In this document: positions 12,447-22,975 of the stretch, in pieces | How the letters are laid out: every line of letters starts with the position of its first letter | How positions within the stretch are numbered: position 1 is the first letter of the stretch | NCBI GenBank assembly: GCA_051362555.1 | Contig: CM120643.1 | Span: 15,350,644-15,414,643, forward strand | DNA length: 64,000 nt | Origin: Lingula anatina | Lineage: Eukaryota; Animalia; Brachiopoda | Reading direction: 5' to 3' | Notes under the pieces: model-generated | Databases searched by the model: none | Seen by the model: the letters and a program-made list of their open reading frames with translations, nothing else | What the model was told of the DNA's origin: nothing | Position numbers and translations under genes: made by a program

Positions 12447-15400
12447 ATGTCAGATGCAAGGAGCGACAGTAATGTTAATCATGTGACGAGAACCAACCAG
12501 TTGGAAGGTAATGCTGCCTTTCCAAATATTTTGATAAATGTTTTCTTTAGCCAGAAAAGATTTATAAAATCAGTTATTTTTATGTACGCGAGATTTTTTT
12601 CAAAGAATGATTTGGCGAACATGTGAAACATGACATAACTGATGAATACAATATAAAAGTCCAAAGGGAAGGTAACATGGAAAATATGTGGTTACCAAAT
12701 TTGACGCTCCTATGATGGTTTTAACAAACCTTAAGTTCTAACATATTTGCTAATTTGTAAAAGTATGAGCAACTCTTATTACATTCTTGATATAAGCTTT
12801 CGTTGAACGCATCGCATTTCACTGAGATAATCTACAGCAATTTACTTCACAGGTGGTTTCTACAGTGTGCATTCTTATCCTTATTAAGAGTTGTCACTTG
12901 TGAATGTCTCTTATTTGATTTAGTGCTTAAATATACTTTCTTCCAGCCAGTCGCGTACTGATAGTAACCATAGCGACATGTGTTCTGGTTGCGATAGTTG
13001 CGCTCATCATCTCAGCCGTCGCAATCTCCAACCCTGCTGGTTCTGACATTACAGTCCAGGGTACAACGGCAAATATTCAGCAAAATCAGCCTCCCAGTAG
13101 GGCCTATGACGCCATCAACCGATATCAGGCCTCAAACAAAAGGAGAATTTACACGATTGCCGTTGGATACGATACTGGGCCTTATGTATATAAGTAAGCA
13201 GAATCATTGGCCACATGCCGTGTGCGGCGCGAGCGCGTGTGTGCGTGTGTGTCTGTGTGTCAGAGAGAGAGAGAGAGATTGGGGGGGGGGGGGGGTAAAT
13301 CTGCATATCTGATAAATTTAACTTTCCGTATAACTTTTCAGGGACGTCAGCGGATTCCCAATTGGATTCATTCACGACTTACTAGACGCAGGTAATCTAA
13401 ATTTCCTTTTGAACATTTTGTTTGGTTCGTTTTCTGTTCGTGTTTGAAAACAATAACAATGCTAAAATATCAACTTTGAAATACTGTCTCATTTATTCAT
13501 TTATTCTTTATTGAGTCTGCCTGGAGGCGGATATGGATTGTAGGACGGTCACGGACCAATCCACCAATTGTATGATCTCGGAGAGAGGGCAGCCGATGCG
13601 CGGGGGCAAAGGTATGGAGATTCAGATTCTGTTTTGTTTATATCATATTATTTGTTTCTCCTTTTGATTGTATTTCTTCAATGTTTTGAATAACTGGGTA
13701 AGTTTAATGTGAGGCAATAATAAAATAATTAAAGTGAATCATGAAAGTGTTTTGGTTAAGCTGACAGCAAACCTACTCACATTGGCGAATGCGGTTCTTC
13801 TAAGATAATTCTGACGATTTTTTAAAAGTTTTATTCTAAAATGTATAGTTTGCCTGAAACTGTTACACGCTATATTACACGCTATACTGATCTAGGAGTG
13901 ATGTTTCTCCTATATGTTTAACTTTTGTTTATAGTTGTTTACAGTTAATGTTGAACATGATATTGAAATTCAACTATTGGAGTATAAATTTTACCCTGAA
14001 TTTTGTCTATACGTGGCATCATTTCAGGACTTATGGAAGGTTGGTACGACGCCTGCACCGGATGGCTGGCCACACGTCAACGGAAGCAGATTTTCGAATT
14101 TTCGAAGTCGTTTCTGAAACCTCTTGAGCCCCATTTCTACGCCTTTCCTGGATTTAATCCATTCAATATCACTGGGAAGAAAATGGGTGAGTTATCCTGT
14201 ATTCTGATTTTGGAAAAGATATTTTGAATTATGATTTCTCTAAGCCCATATCTGACTCTTACAGACCATTGTTCTTAATAACGATAAGTTCCCTCAGTTA
14301 AAAATGCCTGAAGTCTCTATTTCCTTAAAAATGCGAGAGAGACTATGTATAGCCGTCAAAATCAATCATGATTCTTTTTGAACCAAGTTATTTATTGAGA
14401 AATAAGACAAAACGTCGAATCCTAGATGCTGATTCGTTTCTTTGGGAAATGCTTTTTTTCTCTCTAGGAAAATTAGATTTGCTGCGTTGTTCCCGCAAAT
14501 GATACTACAAAAGATAAAGTACGCATAATTGGTCTGTACTGTAACAGAAGCAGTCTTAATTGTTACAAAACGAGCGAGATATGTTATACTACTGAGGTTT
14601 TTGGTTATCAGAAGGCTTAATCTTTTGACTTGAAGCTTAGACAAATGTCCGAACTACAGTTCTATTGTGAAACAGGCCAATGGCACTTAGCTGTCTCATT
14701 AAACGAAGAAAGTCAAAATAAGACTAAGCATAGATATTCATAGTCGACAAAGCAGATTTGTACAAAGGCAATCGTTTGTAAATCGCTCTTTTCGCAATAT
14801 CGCGAAGTCGACTTCACTTCACACGCTGTCAAAGTTAAGCAGGCTAGGAAGACCTACAAACTTGAAACTCATGACAGCAACCCTCTGTTTATTCACATGT
14901 AAATACACACTTACTCTTTACAGGACTGGTAAGCGGGGGTTTCACTAACGAAGCCTGCCTAGCTGGACTAGACCAAGTGGCTGGAAGAGACGTCCCGCAC
15001 TCCAACATTTTCCATGCACACACGCCTGACGACCTCGTGGCTATGATCCTGAACCGCACTGTAAGAGACCATTCCCACAGATATATGGATCGATCTATCT
15101 CCCTGGGGAGTCTCACTCAATTGCTGTCAACTTGACCGGCTTAAATGTCTGTCACGCCTAGTAAAGCTGTTAGGGAGTAACTATCTTTACCTCCTAGGTG
15201 ATTCGGTAGGCGTGACAGACAACTAAGCCGGTTATTTGATAGCAATTTAGGGAGACTCCCCAGGGAGTTAGGTCGATCCAGATGGATCTATCTAAGTATT
15301 GGAACCCAAGCTAAGTGTTTTACCTACGTTCTCAGTTTTGTGCCGTTCTTTGACATATACGCCAAAAGGGTCATATAATATATATATATGACCCTTTGCC

Positions 15401-16955
15401 AAAACGTGACTAGACATACAAGGGCCTCTTTCTGTACCCTCGTCTCTTAACCTTTCATAATACAGAACAAGCTTCTTAATCGAGTTTTTGCACGATTTCT
15501 CTCAACTTATCTGCTATTTTTTACTCATTATCATGAACTAAGTTTGGATCCGTTATTTTGTACCAAAATGAGTGAAAAAAGTAGATTTATATATCAGAAA
15601 TTGGCGGAAAATACGCACTAAAGGGCGTTACACGCTATGCCCAGTGTTACTGTCGCATCTCAAGTGCAACAGCAACCTGTTCCTTGGTGGAATTGTCAAC
15701 ATGGTATATTCCAAAAGTACTGTATATAAGTAACGTATGGAAAGAATAACAAAAACCCATAGTCTGGCGTACTTAATTACACCCACTGTGTTGCAGCCCA
15801 TCTTTATTTAAAAGTGTAACATCTGTTATATCCTAAAATCAGAGCATCACCTTTGTCAGCCATTTGCAAAACTTGCAATATGTGAAAGAAGTCTTTCAAC
15901 CAGTAACAATCAGGCAGTTTATTTTTGATGTCTGACATTTGGTATTTTTAAAGGGACGTTTTGGTTAAGGGCCATATATGTATGGAATCGGTCCAATATG
16001 TGTGCCTGTGTGTGTGAAATAGGCCAAAAAAAAAAAGGTCTTACAAGTCGTATTATTCCATCTTGTATTTCAAAATTTCAAGACTGAGAAGTCATATTAT
16101 CAATGCCAAAAAATTCCTTGAAATTTATTTTGATCGTACTTTCAATATTTTTATACAAATTTAAAAGCCCAATTCCGACTTTACCATCGTCATTCATTGT
16201 GTCCAAATGCGTCTCCAAGACCATTTAGAGAACTTCAGTGGTTTGATACATTAAGGCTTACATGTTCAAGCTCTCGGTGGTACAAACCTTCTTGAATGCT
16301 ATCAAATTTCAGTGTTTTCTGCCCCAATCATTTTACGCTCCCCAAACATTACAGGTAGACGTGGGGTTTATCATGAGGTCTGTGATGGATATCAAAATAT
16401 CTGGCACTAATATCCAACGGTATCCAGAGTACCCCCTCTTCTGTAAGAATGCCGGAGCATCAGCGATGATGACCCGTAAGGATAATGACTTCAACACTAA
16501 GTGGAATGAAGGGTTTGAGAAGCTTGTTTCTTCGGGGCGTTTCAAACGCTTATGTGAAAAGGCAGAAACTGAGCACGGTACGTCTGAGTAATTCTGTTCT
16601 CAAATTAATGCCAGTATAGACTGATAACACAGCATGTATTAAAATGCTATTTCTCTTTCTACTTTACTCTCTACAATACATGTGATGACCAAAAGCGGAA
16701 GATACAGGCAATGTCGCCACGGTCAGCCAGCTGATTTTATAACTAACAAAGAACTGTAAACAACGTTCTTGTTTCATTGTCCACAGTCAATGCAGCCCTT
16801 ACATAATAGTATAGTATTTACATTTCACATCGTTTTTGTCCATGAAACAGAAAGTTATAAACTTTCAGTAGTGCTAGATCGAAAACCCCATTTAACGCCA
16901 CATAACTTTTGTCTCAACAGGTCACCGCGGTGAAATTAATTGCGCGGATGCCTAA
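12447..16955 (+). CDS. Membrane-anchored SBP family 3-like protein, paralog C, 335 aa, 8 exons
   Basis: Exons 12447-12507, 12947-13193, 13342-13391, 13516-13611, 14028-14186, 14924-15060, 16355-16577, 16921-16955 (1008 nt). The frame is intact. The exon 4 acceptor is an uncommon GAG. Confidence 0.83.
15065..15311. mobile_element. Palindromic MITE with TAA duplication (Tourist/PIF-Harbinger-like) at the exon 6 donor of paralog C
   Basis: Inverted arms of ~75 bp at 15086-15160 and 15207-15280. TAA flanks at 15062-15064 and 15312-15314, after which sequence homologous to the A/B intron resumes. Confidence 0.7.
15389..15974. mobile_element. Non-autonomous TIR element in a TA tract, intron 6 of paralog C
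   Basis: Ends TGACCCTTTGCCAAAACGT and ACGTTTTTGGTTAAGGGCCA are imperfect inverted repeats flanked by TA runs. It is absent from A and B. Confidence 0.5.
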
Positions 16956-18093
16956 ACAACAACATACAGCGTCACCTTCGCCTTGATGGCTAAATCACGG
17001 AAGGGGCATCCGAAACCTTCACCTTGATGGTTCGATCATAAAAAGGGTCATCATTATCCTTCACCATGATGTCGCATTATGAAATGTATATTTGTTAAGA
17101 AGGAATTTATAAGCATAAATAACTTTTTGATGGTACATGTATCGAACATTCAACAAACATTAATATACATATTCCACGTTAATGCAGAAGACCAAAATTG
17201 GCAGATTTAAGGGCCCTCTATTATTCACCTCACTAAAACTGAAAAGGAATCTTGGAGCTATGCCCGTTTCCATGGTTACATGATCATTAGCTATGCCCTA
17301 ACCATGGCATGTAAACTATACATAAGAATCATTTTTTCGGTAAATCCATGATTTTACATCTCCTTTTTTTTTTTAATTCATACGACGCAAGACAATATAT
17401 ATCAGTGAAGTAGTTGTGTAGTGTAAAAAGCACCATTTATCATTTTATTCTTCATTTTTAAATTCAACAAGGCAGATGCGTATCAGAAAAAGATTTACGC
17501 TTGGCATTTTATTCAGTCTGTTTACATTAAACGCATTTCAAATGAAGTAGTAACAATATCATAGCCTTTTGTGTTAATATTTTCCAAAAACGTATTAGGA
17601 ACCCAGAAATTTCATGGGGTGAGCTCGTAACCCAGAATTACCGTATGGGGAATATTTCTAGAAGCACTTACCACATGAACCATTTTACATAAGAGGTTAT
17701 AACTATCCAAAGGACAGATTGGACAGATCCGTAAGAAAAGAAAAGTTTGACCCTCTGAGGCATTGCCCTGTATCATAAGAAAAAATATGAAAAATGGTTA
17801 AAATGGTTAAATGTTAAAAAGCATTAGTGAGGACCGCTCTTGGTAAAAAAACCTGAAAATTTTTTTTTTGGATTTGAAAGGGATTAGTAAAAGATAAGTA
17901 GCTTTGCAGCATATTTACACATAAAACTATTACTTTGAGGTTTGTCAAACACTTTAAGTATATCTTTTGAAGTTAATTAATTATATTTGAAATCCTACTC
18001 TTAAAACCGACCTCTTCTCTCATTGTGGGACAATGCATCGTTCAACAACGAAGCGTAACGTCGCGTAATCGGTACGTCATTTGAATAGTAATG

Positions 18094-18101
18094 TGACGTC
18101 A
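18094..18101. promoter_or_regulatory. Palindromic CRE-like site (TGACGTCA) upstream of the orphan membrane-protein gene
   Basis: A full TGACGTCA plus nearby half sites (ACGTCA at 18074, TGACG at 18111) in a CpG-rich patch ~75 bp before ATG 18173. Confidence 0.45.
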
Positions 18102-18172
18102 TAAGTAATGTGACGACGACGCTTCCGTAGTTACAAAGTCAACATGGAAATGCGAAGATATATGTTTCCATT

Positions 18173-21100
18173 ATGTCGATTTTACGGTTATTGATATTAT
18201 TAATTCTCAGTTTTGCTTGTGTATTTATATTACACTTTCTCCAGAATAATGACAGGTACGTACAAATTCAATGTATAGACCGTCTTCTTAAGTTTAAGCA
18301 ACAAAAGCAAACGGTGTAAATTTTCACGCTCGTAGACTGTCTTCACTTGCTCAGCACAAATTCTGAAAACTCTTCTTATAGACGTTTTTTTGTGTTTTTT
18401 CAAAATATTTCGTTGGAAATTCTTGTTCATAAGTAGATACCCAATTGTTTCTAATGTGTACATTAATGTTTATTATTCCATTATACTTACTCATAGGAAC
18501 ATCGAAGATCAAAACCTGGAGATTTACATTAACATATCGGTTCGAGCTACTGGGGACAGCAGTCCAGAAGAATTCGTAAGTCATAAGATACATCTTACAG
18601 AATTCGGACCGAGGGAGGGCCACCCATGGTTTACAAGAACAACAACGAGAAGGAGGAGCGGCGCCAGTAGACATCTCTTCAGCACTGACTTAAATGAAGA
18701 AATCGCTGGAAATGAACCACCTCCAACGAACCATGATGAAACAACCAAGACAGGAAACAAAACTAGTACTGGTGAGAGTCCCTTTTTTATTGAATTCGGC
18801 TTCAGACATGTTTGAATGAAGTTGATGTAGATTGAATTACAGTAAATAAATAAATAAATAAATAAATAAATAGCTTAGAGAAAAATGCCCAATCAGTGGT
18901 ACATTGTATCAAACTTCCTGGTACTTTATCAAGCGAATGATCAAAGGAAAACTGTAAGGAAACAAGCTCTTGGTTAGAAATAAAGCGGGTTTGTGTTCGA
19001 TTAGTACAAATGTCCATACTTTTTAAATGGATAGCTTATCTTTAAAAAAAAGAGTAGATTTCAAAGCACGCTTTAACGTGCAGAATCATAATGATGAGTG
19101 TGGCAACAGAGTTTTGATTGGACCGTGCCGCATATCAAAATTAACGCCGCCTTTATCCATCATTCTTTTGATTCATTAAAATGTCAAATATTTTTCAGAC
19201 CGTGGGTGGAATGCCTCTTACTTCAAGTCTGTAGCTTTCTCAGCCTATCAGGACGCTGTTCAAAGCATCGCCGACGTTAAAGACAAGAGTCACAGTCACT
19301 TTGTTTTTTGGCAACACAGCCTTTATGCTCTTCTTAATAACTACTGCGACAAAGTTCAGGCAACATCAGCAGCAATAGGTGAGACAGTTGTGCCATATAT
19401 GGATATCCTTAGCTACTACTATGTCAAACTGGTTAATTATCTTCTTCTTTCTGGCATTTTGAAAACGTGTTCAGTTGTTGAATAATGTCCATTTAGTGTC
19501 TTACATGTGTCTGCCATTAGATAGCATGCGATTTTGATGCATGCTCTATGTAAATGAATTTGATTGAACATTATACATCTCACTTTTTTTCATTTCAGTG
19601 CATGACATTGTAGAGGCCATTGAAGGCAGCAAGAAGTCTGCAGAAGAAGTCTTCAGGTCATTCAAGGACGGGCTTGTAGCACACATTGATAATGGCATCG
19701 CTCGAGTGCGCCTCTACTTCGTTCCTGAGTCTCCCGTGGAACGAAAGTGTAAAGGACATTCCAACTGGTACGCAAAGAGCGCCTGTACACTCTTGTTCCA
19801 TGCTGCTGAATACCCTCCACAACTTGTCTCCACTCTGGCTGAAGGATACGACAGAATTTTTGAAATCACCAGAAGGCTCTTCGTGGGTGAGACGCACAAA
19901 GATAAGGTCTGCAAAGGCTACGACACCGTGCCGTTCCTTCGGAAAGTCTGTGAGACAGGATTTGATGTGGCGTCAAAGACAAACGAAATCCTAGAGAACG
20001 CCCAAGAGTTCCTCAGTAAATGTATTGCACAGCCAGCCTTGGACTTTACCCGGAAGGTCATCACATCTATAACAGACTGTGTATGGAAAGTTAAGGAGGG
20101 GTTTGCAAGAGCCTGTCACAATGGGATGAACCTGGGAAATAAAATTACAACTTACCTGTATCAGGGCTTGGACGTCGAAGCGGCTAAAGGTAGATACAAC
20201 ATACAAATTGAAATCACCCTGGTCCCATGCAATTCCCGTTTAAAATATCACCTTTTGAAGCACATCTACATTGCCAGAAATGTTTTCAATTTAACATGTT
20301 ACAACACTTAATTATCTTCATTTCAAATATTGTTATTATAACAATAACGTTATTAGGCACAGATAGAAATCAAAACATTGCCCTCTTCTTTTTTCAGCAC
20401 TTCTGTATTCTGTGTTGAAGAAGGTTGCGTACAAAGTCCATGACGTCTACGTACGTCTTCCCCGCTTCAATGGTGATCCCATACATGATGGGCTGGTGGT
20501 TGTAGCCTGGGTGGTGTGTGCCCTAGCCCAGGGGTTGGTGGTCTACTGGGCCAGGAGGAAGATCAGTCTAGGTACAATATCCAATGTTTAGGCTACTGTA
20601 GTAGCCCATGATGTATTCACACACGATTGATGACTATTCCGCGCTATTTGTATTGGTTTTTAAAAGCTTTTATATTGACTATTAATGCCGTATACACTGT
20701 TTGATAATCATAAAGCTATTTAGCCACAAATTAAAAGGTTAACTGGCATATTTTAACTGTACGTTTTGCAGCATTTATAAAGTATGTTGTCTTTCTAGAT
20801 AACAACGTAAGAAAGGCCCGTCAAATGCGACTTCGTTTCTCCCATCCCACCTCATCAGAAGATTACTATGACAGGATTACGAGACTCGTTAGGGAGCAGG
20901 AGAAAGATGCAGAAAGCGGAGGTGCAGAATTACCCGATGAAACCGAGAGCTTTCAAAATGTAAATGTCACCCCTGCTGTTACTGACAACGATGACAAGGA
21001 CGGGGCCAACCCAGTCGATGACCTAGGCAACGATTCCGGCGTGTGGGCAGACATGTCTTTAGGACGGATCGAGGAGGAGGAGGAGGAGGCGGCACCAACG

Positions 21101-21994
21101 GTATCAGCGCCCTCTTTGGCCCAAGAAGAACCAAAAGAAGTGAAAGAGGCGCAGTTTCACCTACCTCCAGAACCAGAGGCTAACGCACAACTGCTAGACC
21201 TGAAAGATGAATCCGCCCTGGAGAGCGAAGTGGTGCAGCCTGACGACACACATGATGAAGAACAAAACACTTCAGTAACAACTTATGGAGAGGAGCTAGA
21301 AAGCTCCACAGATGCAGCAAAGTACAGCGAAGGAGAGACGCAAAAGTTAGCTTCCTCTGCAGTTATCCATGACCCACAGGGCGAACCCGTACCAGATGCC
21401 GCATCTCAGATGGATATGAACAACAATGAAACAGAAAATGACGGCAGTGAACACCTCATTGAGGTAAGTTTTACGTTGTATTAGCTCGAATATATATAAC
21501 TTTAAAAAGTTTCATTTTAGCTCGTCATTTCCTCATATAAAACGTTGATTGTTGATTATTACTGAAGAAGATAAAACACAATCTGCCTTTTACTGAAACA
21601 TATATTTAATAGGTAATTTGTTTTATAAATGTTCTTTAGGCTTCACTTATTTTTCTGCCCCTAGCTATAATTAGTAATTAAGGTATGGAGAAGGCCCTAC
21701 TCCCAATTTTTTTTTTTTTGAAAAAAAAAAAAAAAAAGAACCGGAAACTAATTCTAAATAAAATTGTTTTAGGAAATCAAGGAGTCCCTGCCGTCCAATG
21801 TCTCTGATGTCAACACGGATGAGACACGCGGAAAGACAGTCATCTCCGAGACATTAAACCAAACTGACAGACGTGACCTCCCGACTCCTCAGCCGACCGA
21901 GGCCAACCGCGGGGGCGGCGGTTGGTGGTCCAGAATCGGCCATGCCGCTTGGGTTGTGTTCAGATACATTTTAGAGCATCCAGAGCTTTTCTAA
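18173..21994 (+). CDS. Uncharacterised membrane protein, 729 aa, 7 exons (signal/anchor, Cys-containing helical region, TM helix, acidic disordered tail)
   Basis: Exons 18173-18255, 18497-18771, 19199-19378, 19599-20189, 20398-20571, 20799-21463, 21773-21994 join in frame (2190 nt), all GT-AG. The N-terminus is MSILRLLILLILSFACVFILHFLQ and the TM helix is GLVVVAWVVCALAQGLVVYWARRK. No family was recognised. Confidence 0.75.
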
Positions 21995-22654
21995 TTTTTT
22001 TACTTCTCTTTCCATGAGAACATTTTGCTTCCTTACCGCTCTGGGTGTTCATCGAACAGTATTTCAAACTTCGAATTGTTTGTGGACATGATACACTTTA
22101 TTTGTTTTATGAGCTTGAAAAAAATCATGCCAGAAATGATATTATGTTAAGAAAGAAGAAAAAAGAAATCACAATTACTCTCATTCAGTGGTATTTCATT
22201 TTTCTATTGGAATAACATCCATAATTTATCAATTTACCACAACCATATCTTAAAATCGGTAAAACTGTACATGTAGTTAAAAAGTCACACAGATATCTTA
22301 CAGAGAATAACTATGCAGTTTACTGTTGTTTTAGTATATAAATATAATTATATGTCTAACGTTGTTTCTTGTGTTGATACTCAATCGCGGATCCAGAAAG
22401 TGTTAAAAAAAAAAAAAAAAAAAAAAAAAACGGGAAAGTTTCCGCCCCAAAATCTTTAGACAATCTAGTATTCTGCCTGTTCGCTTTGCAGGATAAATTC
22501 TTTCATCTTTGAAAGTCCTGGGTCCGCTAATAGGGCCTAAATAGCCTACTATTTTTATCCCCCCACCCCCCCTTTCTTTTCCACCTAAATTTACAAGTTA
22601 AATCCTCCTTTTCTGTCAGCAACATATATGGAGTTTTTAAAGTCAATGTTACAT

Positions 22655-22705
<51 letters not shown>

Positions 22706-22975
22706 AGGTAAAGGATATTCTGCGTTAATTAAAGCCCGTACGTTTTGTTTCATATCGATGTGAAAGTGCTTGTTAACCTGTTGGAAATTTGCTTAAAACC
22801 TGTTGTTGCAAGCTTAATTTAATGCGGTTACACGACGTTAAGATATGTCATGTTTATGTATTTCACGGAAGCTTCAGAAAAATTAACGTTAATGTTTATG
22901 CGTTATTATATGGTAATTTTATCGATTTTGTCCTGTCTTGATTTGCATCTCAGTCACATGATCAATATAAACAAC

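Noticed and set aside
460-16955. Bacterial contamination or an ABC-transporter operon as the source of the SBP-like sequences
   Set aside because: Each gene has seven spliceosomal introns and a TATA box and is contiguous with CTNNBL1 and ZC3H18. No permease or ATPase genes are present.
21031-21060. Beta-TrCP phosphodegron in the orphan protein (DSGVWADMS)
   Set aside because: The spacing does not fit the canonical DSGxxS.
22382-22512. Possible MITE (CGCGGATCCAG ... CTGGGTCCGC)
   Set aside because: The inverted match is too short and degenerate, with no TSD.
22850-22975. N-terminal extension of the Sel1-repeat protein suggested by the ORF track
   Set aside because: It reads like AT-rich promoter or UTR sequence. 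ATG 22976 has the better context (AACATGG). It cannot be fully excluded without TSS data.
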